This document shows positions 20,193 through 29,553 of a stretch of 64,000 bases of DNA, piece after piece. The position numbers and the translations under genes were made by a program. Numbering within the stretch: position 1 is the stretch's first letter; every line of letters starts with the position of its first letter. The stretch covers positions 544,001 through 608,000 of the forward strand of contig CAXXWS020000003.1 in NCBI GenBank assembly GCA_963665325.3, in the 5' to 3' direction. The notes under the pieces are model-generated. The model did no database searches. It was not told the origin of the DNA and saw nothing but the letters and a program-made list of their open reading frames with translations. The stretch is from Alphaproteobacteria bacterium (GTDB taxonomy: Bacteria > Pseudomonadota > Alphaproteobacteria > Bin95).

Positions 20193-20313
20193 GGAGGCCG
20201 CCCGGGAGGCCGGCGCTGACATGGACAAGGACGAGTTCGGCCACGTGCTCGGCGGGCTGGCGAAGCCGGATGAGCCGAAGAAGCCGGATCAGGCACGGGA
20301 CGACGAAGCATGA
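20134..20313 (+). CDS. small IS1595-associated protein, 59 aa (absent from ORF track)
   Basis: MPPPKKNSVKANVDQVQEFKEAAREAGADMDKDEFGHVLGGLAKPDEPKKPDQARDDEA*; pattern Q..F.EAARE.G.D.D...F; ATGA-coupled to the next ORF. Confidence 0.65.
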   Translation: MPPPKKNSVKANVDQVQEFKEAAREAGADMDKDEFGHVLGGLAKPDEPKKPDQARDDEA

Positions 20314-20486
20314 GGGTTTGCTTGTGTGGATGCGGCGAAGCCGTTGCCCCCGGCAGGAACTTTCTCCCTGGGCACGACCAACGGCTTCGGTGCGCCCTTG
20401 AGAAGGCAGTCGGAGGACCGGAAAAGCTCAAGGAAATTGTTGAACGACACTTAGCCACCCTGTCAAAGTCGGAGAATGGCGTTTAG
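20310..20486 (+). CDS. small CxCGCG...FxPGHD putative Zn-binding protein, 58 aa (absent from ORF track)
   Basis: MRVCLCGCGEAVAPGRNFLPGHDQRLRCALEKAVGGPEKLKEIVERHLATLSKSENGV*; the stop codon reaches the right TIR. Confidence 0.7.
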   Translation: MRVCLCGCGEAVAPGRNFLPGHDQRLRCALEKAVGGPEKLKEIVERHLATLSKSENGV

Positions 20487-20509
20487 TGGCGCGAAGTATA
20501 TAATCCCTA

Positions 20510-20770
20510 TTTTTTCGGCGTTAACACCTGTCCCGATCGAGGCGGAAACTTCTGGCGGCGTCCTCGATTGTGGGCTCCGCATCGCCGTTGTACATCGTCG
20601 ATTGTCGAAGGGGTTTGCAGTCCGCGAAGAAGGATGGTCGAGGCCGGGAAGTCATGACCGTGGATATCCGTATTGCCACGCCGGATGACATCGGCGCGCT
20701 CGAAACTCTGATCGAACGCTCGTCGCGTGCGCTTCTGGTCCCGTTCCTCTCCCCCGCACAGCTCGCGGCG
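20510..20770 (+). repeat. dispersed direct repeat C, copy 2
   Basis: Matches 14449-14709; begins 2 bp outside the IS1595 right TIR. Confidence 0.92.
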
Positions 20771-21198
20771 AGTCTCGAGGTGATGACGCTCGACAGGGAA
20801 CTGATCGCCGATGGAACCTATTTTGTCGCGGAGGAAGGCGGGATCGCGGCGGGTTGCGGGGGATGGACCCGCCGGCGGGGCTTCGTAACGGCCCGACACG
20901 GGCGGGACGGGGACAGCGAATTGCTTGCCCCGGGCGCGAACCTGCCCGCGTGAGAGCCATGTACACCGATCCGGATCATGCACGCCGCGGCATCGGGCGC
21001 CTCGTCCTGGAGACCTGCGAGAACGCGGCGCGGGAGGCCGGATTTACCGAAGGGGAACTCCTGGCGACACTGGCAGGCGAGCCGCTCTATCTGGCCGCCG
21101 GATGGCGGGAAGCCGAGCGGACCGTCGTTCCGACGCCTGCGGGAATCGATGTGCCTGCCGTGCGGATGGTCAAGCAGTTTCTGCCGTGCGCGGAGTGA
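20654..21198 (+). pseudogene. GNAT N-acetyltransferase with a one-base frameshift near 20930-20940
   Basis: N-half ...LIADGTYFVAE..IAAGCGGW in one frame; C-half PARVRAMYTDPDHARRGIGRLVL...ATLAGEPLY in another. Confidence 0.85.
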
Positions 21199-21206
21199 AT
21201 ACAGAC

Positions 21207-21275
21207 CGTATTCGATCCGGCAACCCGGGAGCGGCGAGGCCACGTTCCATCGGTGGCGCAAGGAATATGCCGGGC
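21207..21275 (+). mobile_element. IS3-family OrfA remnant
   Basis: Reads SIRQPGSGEATFHRWRKEYAG, like the 'IRQIGVSE.TYYRWRKEYGG' HTH of IS3 OrfA. Confidence 0.55.
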
Positions 21276-21392
21276 CTCCGAATCGCGGCACGACGCAGGA
21301 ACCGCAAGAGGCAGGACCCTGGCCTTGGCCCGCTTGACAATGTTCCCTGTATGTGCTTTTCCGCGCCATCGCAACAAGGAGGCCGGGTGGAC

Positions 21393-21812
21393 ATGCCGGG
21401 TGCGCTTTCTCTCGACCTGCGCAAGCGGGTGATCGACGCGGTGGAGGCGGGGATGAGCCAGCGGGAAGCGGCGCGGCGGTTCGCCGTGAGCGTGAACACG
21501 ATCACCAACTGGATCGCCCTCAAGCGCGAACGCGGCGACCTGAACCCCAGGCCCCTCGAGCGCATCCGCCCGCTGTCCGCCGATCCCGCGCGGGGCTTCG
21601 TCCTCGGCCTTGTGAAACGGGACCCCCACCTTTCCATCCAGGAGCTGCGCGAAGCGCTGGCGGCGGAGGGCGTCTCGGTGAGCTGGAGCGCGGTGCAGAG
21701 CTTCCTCAAGCGCCACGGCGTCGAGCGGAAGCCGGGCCCCCGGCCCCCCGGCCTGCGGCGCCGGCTGGCGAAACGCCGGGCCCGTCGGGCCGTCCCAAAC
21801 CCCCGCGGATAG
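21393..21812 (+). mobile_element. IS630-family transposase N-terminal HTH region without DDE domain
   Basis: 'MPGALSLDLRKRVIDAVEAGMSQREAARRFAVSVNTITNW...DPHLSIQEL...GVSVSWSAVQSFLKRHG'. Confidence 0.85.
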
Positions 21813-22027
21813 ATTGTCCCGGACGGCCGCAATCGATTGCAGGCGCTCGACGCACCCCTCCCGTCCGCCCGAAACCGGTTTTCACACTTCCAGCCCCTTC
21901 GAAAACGGCGCCCCGCCGCCCTGCGCTCAGGTCATGTCCCCGCTCTCCCGTTCCGGCAAGCCCCGGATATGGGGCGGGCATGCAGGAATTCAACCGCTAG
22001 AAAGGAAACAAATCCGCTGCCGGGCGG

Positions 22028-22115
22028 CGCGAAGGCGGGGAGACGGGCCCCCGCCTTCGCGGGGGCGACGATAAGGGGGGCGGGGGCGACGATTTAGGGC
22101 GCGGGAGCGACGAAA
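22028..22115. repeat. REP-like palindrome followed by short tandem units
   Basis: cgcgaaggcgggg / ccccgccttcgcg 13-bp stem (22028-22061), overlapping the first of three gcggg(g/a)gcgacga units. Confidence 0.6.
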
Positions 22116-22197
22116 AGGGGGTGGGCCGGCGTCTCGACCCGCGCGCGCCGCTGTTGTAGCTATGCGGACTTCACGCGACGGGAAGGGCCGACAAGAC

Positions 22198-22797
22198 ATG
22201 ACCGGCGATCCTCCGAGCCGTCCGGACCGGGCCGAGGCCGAGCGGGCGGTGCGCACCCTGCTGCAATGGGCGGGCGACGACCCCGACCGCGAGGGCCTGC
22301 TCGGCACGCCCGACCGCGTGCTCAGGGCCTATGGCGAGTTCTTCGCCGGCTATCGCGAAGACCCGGTGAAGGTGCTGGAGCGCACTTTCGAGGAGACCGC
22401 CGACTACGACGAGATGATCGTGGTGCGCGATATCCGCCTGGAAAGCCATTGCGAGCACCACATGGTGCCGATCATCGGCAAGGCCCATGTCGGCTACCTG
22501 CCGGCCGGGCGCGTGATCGGCATCTCCAAGCTCGCCCGCGTGGTGGACATCTTCTCCAAGCGCCTGCAGATCCAGGAGAAGCTGACCGCGGAGGTGGCCG
22601 ACACCATAGACCGCGTGCTGCAGCCGCGCGGCGTGGCGGTCGTCATCGAGGCGACGCATATGTGCATGGCGATGCGCGGCATCCACAAGACCGCGTCCTC
22701 CACCGTGACCAGCCGGATGCTGGGCGGCTTCCGCACCGACCCGACCACAAGGCGCGAGTTCCTGACCATGATCGGGCGCGGTGGCGATTCCGTCTGA
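22198..22797 (+). CDS. folE: GTP cyclohydrolase I
   Basis: '[16 protein letters not shown]', 'SHCEHH', 'GISKLAR', 'RLQIQE', 'HMCMAMRG'. Confidence 0.97.
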   Translation: MTGDPPSRPDRAEAERAVRTLLQWAGDDPDREGLLGTPDRVLRAYGEFFAGYREDPVKVLERTFEETADYDEMIVVRDIRLESHCEHHMVPIIGKAHVGYLPAGRVIGISKLARVVDIFSKRLQIQEKLTAEVADTIDRVLQPRGVAVVIEATHMCMAMRGIHKTASSTVTSRMLGGFRTDPTTRREFLTMIGRGGDSV

Positions 22798-22841
22798 GCC
22801 GCGTTATCCTGCCGCCTGCACAACTGCCGGAGGGGAAAGCG

Positions 22842-23366
22842 ATGACCTACACGCTTGAGCAATTCGCCGCCGAATGCCGCGAGGCGCTGGCTGCCGACAG
22901 CGGCCGGGCCGGCAAGGAGGGTGTGCTCGCCTGCGTGAAGAAGGCGTTGGAGAGCCCGGAATTCCTCGAGACCCATCTGGGGCCGGACGCGACCGCCGAG
23001 CGCGAGATCATCTACGAGGATCCGGACTACGACTTCTGTATCTGCGCCCATGTCTATCAGGGCGCGCGGACCGGCGGTCCGCACGACCATGGGCCCACCT
23101 GGGCGATCTACGGCCAGGCGGTCGGCGAGACCGAGATGACCGACTGGCGCATCGTCGCGCCGCCCGCCGACGGCAAGCCGGGCAAGGTCGAGCTCTCCCG
23201 CGTCTACACGATGAAACCGGGCGACGCGCATCTCTACGATGTGGGCGACGTCCATGCGCCGCGCCGCATGTCGTCCACCCGGCTGATCCGCATCGAGGGC
23301 TGCGACACCATGAAGGTTCAGCGCACGCCGCTGATGGCGGTGGAAGACGCGGACGCCGCGCAATGA
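22842..23366 (+). CDS. cupin / cysteine-dioxygenase-like metalloprotein
   Basis: 'GPHDHGPTWAIYG' and 'GDVHAP' cupin His motifs; RBS GGAGGGG. Confidence 0.75.
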   Translation: MTYTLEQFAAECREALAADSGRAGKEGVLACVKKALESPEFLETHLGPDATAEREIIYEDPDYDFCICAHVYQGARTGGPHDHGPTWAIYGQAVGETEMTDWRIVAPPADGKPGKVELSRVYTMKPGDAHLYDVGDVHAPRRMSSTRLIRIEGCDTMKVQRTPLMAVEDADAAQ

Positions 23367-24250
23367 GCGTGAGCATCCGCCGGCTGACAGCCGGGTTTGC
23401 CGGCGAGGTCTCGGGCGTCGATACGACCCGGCCGCTGCCTCAGGGCATGGCGGAGGAACTCGATGCCGGCATGGCGGAACACGGCGTGCTGGTGTTTCCC
23501 GGCCAGGCGCTGACCGACGAGCAGCAGGCGGCGTTCAGCCAGAATTTCGGCCGGCTGGAAATGCCGTCCGCCGTGTCCAACATCACCAAGGAGCATGAGC
23601 GGCGCCTCGGCCCCGCCATGGCGGATGTGTCCAACCTGACGAAGGAGCACCGCCCCTTCGACCGCGAGGACCGGCGCCGCATGTTCAATCTGGGCAACCG
23701 CCTCTGGCACTCGGACTCGTCCTTCCGTGCCGTGCCGGCCAAATACTCGCTGCTCTCCGGGCGCATTTTGCCGTCGGGCGGCGGCAATACCGAGTTCGCC
23801 GATATGGCGGGGGCTTACGACGCGCTCGACGGGGCGATGAAGGCGCGGATCGAGGATTTGGTCTGCGAGCATTCGCTGCTCTATTCGCGCGGCCGGCTCG
23901 GCTTCGAGGACCTGACCGAGGACGAGAAAGCCAATTTCCGCCCCGTGCGCCAGGCGCTGGTGCGCGTCCACCCGGTGAGCGGGCGCAAGTCGCTCTACCT
24001 CTCCGCCCATGCCGGCAGGATCGTCGGCTGGCCGGGCCCCGAAGGCCGCCTGCTCCTCGAAGATCTTACCGAGCACGCGACGCAGAGGCAGTTCGTCTAT
24101 GCGCATGAATGGCGGGTCCACGATCTTGTGATCTGGGATAACCAGCGCACCATGCACCGTGCGCGGCCCTTCGACGATGTGAACGAGGTCCGCGACGTGC
24201 GCCGCACCACCGTCGCCGGCGAGGAAATGACAGCCGCCCAGGCGGCCTGA
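23363..24250 (+). CDS. TauD/TfdA-family Fe(II)/2-oxoglutarate dioxygenase (TfdA-like)
   Basis: 'LGNRLWHSDSSF' HxD motif, 'GGNTEFADM', 'WDNQRTMHRA'. Confidence 0.93.
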   Translation: MSVSIRRLTAGFAGEVSGVDTTRPLPQGMAEELDAGMAEHGVLVFPGQALTDEQQAAFSQNFGRLEMPSAVSNITKEHERRLGPAMADVSNLTKEHRPFDREDRRRMFNLGNRLWHSDSSFRAVPAKYSLLSGRILPSGGGNTEFADMAGAYDALDGAMKARIEDLVCEHSLLYSRGRLGFEDLTEDEKANFRPVRQALVRVHPVSGRKSLYLSAHAGRIVGWPGPEGRLLLEDLTEHATQRQFVYAHEWRVHDLVIWDNQRTMHRARPFDDVNEVRDVRRTTVAGEEMTAAQAA

Positions 24251-24255
24251 GGGCA

Positions 24256-25692
24256 GTGCCCGACAGCGGGAGTCCAAGGCCCAACCCGGCAGAGCGGCTG
24301 GCGGAATTTGCGGCGGGGCTGCGCGCGGAGGATGTGCCTCACGCCGTGCGGGAGCGCGCCCGGCATTTGATTCTGGATGCGCTTGGGGTGGCGGCGGCGT
24401 CCAGCCGGCAGGAATTCGCGCGCGTCATGCTCGGCGGATTCCGTGCGGCCGGCGGCGAAGGCGGGTCCGGCGTGGTGGCGATGGGGACGCGGCTCTCCCT
24501 GCGCGACGCGGCGGCGCTCAATGCCGCGCTCATCCACGGCCTCGACTTCGACGACACCCATCCGGGCGCTGTGGTGCATTGCACGGCCGTGTCGCTGCCC
24601 GCGGCGCTGGCGCTCGGGGAAGAGCGCGATGCGCCCGGCGCGGAAATCCTCACGGCCTACATCGCGGCGATGGAATGCGCCGCGAGGATCGGCCTTGCCG
24701 CCGACTACGGTTTCCACCGGCGCGGCTTCCATGCCACCGGGATCGCCGGGCATTTTTCCTCCGCGCTCGCTGCCGGGCGGCTCATGGGCCTGGATGCGGC
24801 GGCGCTCGCTTCGGCGCAGGGCGTGTGCGTCTCGACGGCGGCGTCGAGCCGGGAGTTCTGGTCGGACGGCGCCTGGAACAAGCGCCTCCATCCCGGCTGG
24901 GCGGCCGAGGCCGGCATCACCGCGGCCGGCCTTGCCGGCGCCGGTTTCAAGGGCTGCGAGCGGCCCTATGACGGGCGCTTCGGCCTCTTCCGGATGCTGA
25001 TGGGCGACGAGGCCGACACCGTCGATTTTTCATTGCTGACGGCGGGCCTAGACGAGCGCTGGGAGTTGCTCGAATCGGCCGTCAAACCCTTCCCCACCTG
25101 CCACTACACCCACGCGATTATCGACAGCGCGATTGCGCTCCGCCGGAACCATGGGCTCAAGCCCGATGACATCGCCCGCATTACGGTGCTGGTGCATGAG
25201 GACCTGATCGCGGCGCTCATGGAGCCTGAGGCGCTGAAACGAAGCCCGCCGGAAGACTATGCCGCGCGCTTCAGCGCCCCTTGGGCGGCGGCCTGCGGGC
25301 TGGCGCTCGGAAGGCTCGGCCTTGCCGAACTGGAGCCTGAAGCGCTCGGCGACCCGCACGTGCTGGCGCTGGCCGCCCGCGTCGAATGCCGTCCCGACCC
25401 GGATTCGCTGTTCCCGCGTTATTTCTCCGCCGGCGTCGAGGTCGAGACCCGGTCGGGCGAACGCCACAGGCATCACGAACCGGTCAATCGCGGCGCGGGA
25501 GACCGGGCGCTCACCAATGCCGAAATCGTGGAGAAATTCCACGCCAACGCCGCCCCGGCGCTGGGCGAGGCCCGGGCCGAAGCCATGGCCGCCCACGTGC
25601 TGGACATGGAGCGCCTCCCGGGAAGGGAGCTGATGCGGGGACTGATACCGGCGGCGTCGGGTTGCGACCCATTAGGGATACCACCCTGGTGA
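24256..25692 (+). CDS. MmgE/PrpD-family protein
   Basis: 'LILDALGV', 'HGLDFDDTH', 'GFHATG', 'KRLHPGWAA', 'KPFPTCH'. Confidence 0.92.
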   Translation: MPDSGSPRPNPAERLAEFAAGLRAEDVPHAVRERARHLILDALGVAAASSRQEFARVMLGGFRAAGGEGGSGVVAMGTRLSLRDAAALNAALIHGLDFDDTHPGAVVHCTAVSLPAALALGEERDAPGAEILTAYIAAMECAARIGLAADYGFHRRGFHATGIAGHFSSALAAGRLMGLDAAALASAQGVCVSTAASSREFWSDGAWNKRLHPGWAAEAGITAAGLAGAGFKGCERPYDGRFGLFRMLMGDEADTVDFSLLTAGLDERWELLESAVKPFPTCHYTHAIIDSAIALRRNHGLKPDDIARITVLVHEDLIAALMEPEALKRSPPEDYAARFSAPWAAACGLALGRLGLAELEPEALGDPHVLALAARVECRPDPDSLFPRYFSAGVEVETRSGERHRHHEPVNRGAGDRALTNAEIVEKFHANAAPALGEARAEAMAAHVLDMERLPGRELMRGLIPAASGCDPLGIPPW

Positions 25693-25900
25693 CGCACCGT
25701 CCGGGACTGTTCAACAACAGGACCCTAGCCAATGCGGTTCCGCCATGTTTCAATCCTGTAATGCGAAGCCGCAACCCAACCCGCAAAAGGAGTTGGCGCC
25801 GCCAAACCGGAAGCCGCGCATGTACCGCTGGCGATCGCTGCCACATAGCCTGCAACCCCTTGAACAGACAAGCAACAGGCGACCAGGGAGGAACTACGCC

Positions 25901-27088
25901 ATGACGCTTTCTCGACGCGATTTTCTGCGCATTTCTGCAGACTACGGGACCAAGGCGGCCGTCTTTGCCGCCGTTGCCGGAACGACGTCCGCCACGCTCA
26001 TCAGCCAGTTCGCGGCCAAGGACGCGCAGGCTGCCAAGAAGGCCAAATACACGATCCGCCACGGTGTCAGCGTGGTAAATCCTAAAAACGAAGAATTCCT
26101 GCAGACTCGCGTCTATGACCTCGCCAAATGGATCGAAGAAGGATCGGACGGCGAAATCGCCGTGCAGATCCTCGACAGCGGGCAGGCCTGCGCGGAAAAC
26201 CAGTGCGTCGAGCGGGTCGGGGCCGGTGTGCTCGATATGGGCAACTCCTCAGCGCAGAATGCCGCCGCCGTCATCTATCACGCGCAGGCGCTCGACTGGC
26301 CGTTCCTGTGGCGGGATCCGCAATCGCTTCTCAACCTGTTACACGATCCCGCCATGAACCCGGTTTACCGCGATGTCTGGCGGAACAAGTACGGCGTCGA
26401 GTTCCTCTATTGCACCAACGAGTTGCGCGACATCTTCATGGGGTTGAAATACAGCGACCTGCCGGAGGTCCGTCATCCGGACGGCTTGAAGGGCCGCAAG
26501 CTCCGGATCACCAACTCCACCATGATCCAGAATTTCGCCGATTCGCTCGGTATGAACCCGGTGCCGCTCGCCTGGACCGAGACGCTGGAAGGCATGAAGT
26601 CCGGCGTCGTCGATGGCATGGAGACCTGGGGCGGCGCGGCCGCGAGCTTCGGCATGACCAAGGTCACGGCTCAGGTACTCGAGCTGGACTTCTGCCCCGG
26701 AACGGGCTCGGTTTTCATGAATTCGCGGTCGATGGAGCGCATGCCCGAGCGCCTGCAGGACGTGGTTCGCGAAGCCAGCCGCAGGGCGAGCGAAGAGTCG
26801 TATCACAACCTGCAAGTCGCCCTGAACACCGTCACCGGCGCCGGGCCGAACCCGACGCCGGAGAGCAACTATGTGCAGCTGAAGGACACGATGCGCCATG
26901 TCCGCCTGACCGAGGACGAGATGGACGTGTTCCGCGAGCGCGGCTCGGTCGAGCACAACGGGCAGATCTACAGTGAAATCCGCAAGGAACTGGACGCCCT
27001 GGCGGGCCTTGACGTCTTCGGCGCCATTGCCGAATACGAAAGTAAGGTCCGCGGCAAACCGCTGAATCCCCAGAAGTGGTGGGCGTAG
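25901..27088 (+). CDS. dctP: TRAP transporter solute-binding protein, Tat signal
   Basis: MTLSRRDFL; 'LKGRKLRI', 'MNPVPLAWTETLEGMKSGVVDGME'. Confidence 0.92.
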   Translation: MTLSRRDFLRISADYGTKAAVFAAVAGTTSATLISQFAAKDAQAAKKAKYTIRHGVSVVNPKNEEFLQTRVYDLAKWIEEGSDGEIAVQILDSGQACAENQCVERVGAGVLDMGNSSAQNAAAVIYHAQALDWPFLWRDPQSLLNLLHDPAMNPVYRDVWRNKYGVEFLYCTNELRDIFMGLKYSDLPEVRHPDGLKGRKLRITNSTMIQNFADSLGMNPVPLAWTETLEGMKSGVVDGMETWGGAAASFGMTKVTAQVLELDFCPGTGSVFMNSRSMERMPERLQDVVREASRRASEESYHNLQVALNTVTGAGPNPTPESNYVQLKDTMRHVRLTEDEMDVFRERGSVEHNGQIYSEIRKELDALAGLDVFGAIAEYESKVRGKPLNPQKWWA

Positions 27089-27196
27089 TCGAGTGACCGG
27101 ACCCCGGACGCCGTCAGGGTGTCCGGGGCTTCTTCATTCCTTTCCGGACGGTAATCCCGGATCGCCTGACGGCGTCCGGGAAACCGAGTGTGTCTG

Positions 27197-27703
27197 ATGG
27201 GACAGCGGTTCGACGACCTGATTACATGGATCGAAAAGGCGGTGATGCTGCTCGCCTATGTGACGATCATCCTGGTGGTCGGGCTGGAGACGATCCGGCG
27301 GATGATCACGGGCGAGCAGGAAGCCTGGGGGCCGGAGATCGCCATGGGCGCGTTCGTCTGGCTCTCGTGGTTCGCCATGTCCAGCGGCGTGCGCACCGGC
27401 GCGCATCTCTCTTTCACCACTGCGCGGGACCGCATGCCCGACGGGATTCGCCGGAGTATGGAGGTATTCGACTGCCTGCTCTGGTTCGTGTTGGGCGCTG
27501 TTGTCATCGTCGCGTCGTGGGATGTCGTGATGCTGAATGAGCGCTTCAACATCAAGATCTTCGGGACCGACATCCCGATCGCCGCGATCTCCATCGCCGT
27601 GCCGCTCGGCTGGGGCTTCACCATGGTGCGGGTGCTGCAGCAACTGGTCCGGGTGTTGCAGGGCAAGACCGGCCCGCATATCTCGGCGGAGGAAATCCGA
27701 TGA
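27197..27703 (+). CDS. dctQ: TRAP transporter small permease
   Basis: Four TM helices, 'WGPEIA', 'GAHLSF'; between dctP and dctM. Confidence 0.88.
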   Translation: MGQRFDDLITWIEKAVMLLAYVTIILVVGLETIRRMITGEQEAWGPEIAMGAFVWLSWFAMSSGVRTGAHLSFTTARDRMPDGIRRSMEVFDCLLWFVLGAVVIVASWDVVMLNERFNIKIFGTDIPIAAISIAVPLGWGFTMVRVLQQLVRVLQGKTGPHISAEEIR

Positions 27704-29043
27704 GCGAAGGCGACCTCCCGACCCTGGCGCTCCTCGTGGATTGGCTGCGCGAGGTGCTGAACGTCTGGAACATCACTGCCATCGCCGTCCTGCTGTTCTT
27801 TCTCGGAACCCCCGTCCTGCTGGTACTTGCCGCTTGGGTGGTGGCGTCCTCCTATTTCGTCGTGGAATTCCCGCTGACCAATGTCGGCATTGCGGCGAAC
27901 GACTCGATCAAGAACTTCATCTTCCTGGCCGTGCCGCTGTTCGTCATCACCGGTGACTTCCTGACGGAGGGCGGCATCAGCCGGAAGCTGATCGCGTTCT
28001 CGCGCTCCTGCGTCGGCTTCATGCACGGCGCCACGGCGGCGACGGCGATGTTCTCCTGCGGCCTGTTTGCGGCGATTTCCGGGTCCAACGCAGCGACGGC
28101 GGCGACCATGGGGCGGCTGCTCGGCCCGGAAATGGTCGAACGCGGCGTCAGTCCGGGCCTGTCGGGCGCTATCATTGCAGCGGGCGGCACCGTCGGCGTC
28201 ATCATCCCGCCGAGCGTGATCTTCCTCATCTACGGCGTCACGATGGAGGTGCCCAGCGTCGATCTGTTTATCGGCGGCATGATTCCGGGCCTGCTGATGG
28301 TCATAGCGCTGCTCGGCAGTGCGGTCGTACTGACCGGGAAGGTGGAGCGCGGGGTCGGCCTGCGTAATCTGAGCGCCCGCAAAATTGCCGGATCGGCGTT
28401 GACGGCCTGGGCGGGATTCGTCGCCATAGGGGTGATTTTCTTCGGTATTTACTGGGGCTATTTCAGCCCGACGGAGGCGGCCGGGGTCGTCGCCATCTAC
28501 TGCTTCATCGTCGGCTCCGTGCCGATCCTCGGCGGCCGGCTCCGCTTGCGCCAGATACCGGGCATCATGCTGAACAGCGCGCGGCTGGCCGGCCTTCTGG
28601 TGCCGCTGGTGGTGTTTTCCATCCAGTTTCAACAGGTCTCCAGCGTTATGGGCCTGCCGGTGGCGATTCAGGACTTTCTGGGCGACCTCGGCCAGAACTA
28701 CGGCACGACCGTGCTGATCGCTGTCATGATGCTGCTGATCCTGGCGGTGGGCGCGATCACGGAATCTGTTGCCGTGGTCCTCATTCTCGGCCCCATCCTG
28801 GCGCCGGTGGCGGAAAGTATCGGCATCGACCCGATCCATTGGGGCGTGGTTTTCGTCGTCGGCACCACGATCGGGTTCATCACGCCACCCTACGGCTTGA
28901 ACCTGTTTGTGGTCTCGGGCGTCCTGAGAATCAACTATGACCTGATCATCCGGCAGATCTTCAAATTGCTGATTCCGTTGATGATCGTGTGGATCATCGT
29001 GACGGCGACGCCCTGGTTGTCTCTGGCGCTGCTCGGCGGCTAG
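27700..29043 (+). CDS. dctM: TRAP transporter large permease
   Basis: 'AISGSNAAT', 'GVIIPPS', 'FSPTEAA', 'ITPPYGLNLF'. Confidence 0.95.
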   Translation: MSEGDLPTLALLVDWLREVLNVWNITAIAVLLFFLGTPVLLVLAAWVVASSYFVVEFPLTNVGIAANDSIKNFIFLAVPLFVITGDFLTEGGISRKLIAFSRSCVGFMHGATAATAMFSCGLFAAISGSNAATAATMGRLLGPEMVERGVSPGLSGAIIAAGGTVGVIIPPSVIFLIYGVTMEVPSVDLFIGGMIPGLLMVIALLGSAVVLTGKVERGVGLRNLSARKIAGSALTAWAGFVAIGVIFFGIYWGYFSPTEAAGVVAIYCFIVGSVPILGGRLRLRQIPGIMLNSARLAGLLVPLVVFSIQFQQVSSVMGLPVAIQDFLGDLGQNYGTTVLIAVMMLLILAVGAITESVAVVLILGPILAPVAESIGIDPIHWGVVFVVGTTIGFITPPYGLNLFVVSGVLRINYDLIIRQIFKLLIPLMIVWIIVTATPWLSLALLGG

Positions 29044-29052
29044 GAGGAACGA

Positions 29053-29421
29053 ATGAGCGAGCGCAATGAAGCGACCGAAAAGCTGTTCAAGGCCTTCATG
29101 AAAGGCTTCGCGAAGCACGACACCGCACTGGTTGCGCCGACGCTGGCCGATGATTTTGTCTGGAGCCAGCCGACAGGCGAGACCTTTGTCGGCAAGGAAG
29201 CCGCCTTGCAGGCCATGGCCGACCGTTGGTCCGCGCCCGGCGGCGGCCCGGTGTTCGGCAATAGCGGTTTCGAGGTGGTCGACGACACCGTCATCCAGAC
29301 CTACGAGGTGACGGCCGACGCACCGGACGGCGGTAAAAGGACCCTGCGCGGCATGGACATCTACAAGGTCCGCGGCGGTCTGCTGACACGAAAGGACGCC
29401 TTCTGGAAGCAGTTGGGGTAG
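29053..29421 (+). CDS. SnoaL/NTF2-like protein
   Basis: 122 aa, 'LADDFVW', 'GMDIYKVRGGLLTRKDAFWK'. Confidence 0.85.
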   Translation: MSERNEATEKLFKAFMKGFAKHDTALVAPTLADDFVWSQPTGETFVGKEAALQAMADRWSAPGGGPVFGNSGFEVVDDTVIQTYEVTADAPDGGKRTLRGMDIYKVRGGLLTRKDAFWKQLG

Positions 29422-29553
29422 CGTTGCCGGCTGGATGAACCCGTCCAACTCGCCGGCTCCCCGGAGCGAGCCGCACGCGAGGGTACCCATGTGCTAGACA
29501 TGGAGAGGCTGGCGGGAAAGGGGCTGATGCAAGGGCTGGCTTAGGTAGAAGGA

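Larger units (their letters stand above)
18043..20507 (+). mobile_element. IS1595-family element with passenger genes (transporter IS), ~2465 bp
   Basis: Imperfect TIRs gcgattacatacttaacaccac (18043-18064) and gtggcgcgaagtatataatccc (20486-20507), 17/22 match; T-rich flanks; encloses the transposase and lower-GC cargo. Confidence 0.8.

Noticed and set aside
18030-20515. 8-bp target-site duplication for the IS1595 element
   Set aside because: Both flanks are T-rich but not identical, so no TSD is claimed.
20930-20945. Programmed frameshift in the GNAT gene
   Set aside because: No slippery heptamer; a one-base deletion or sequencing error is simpler.
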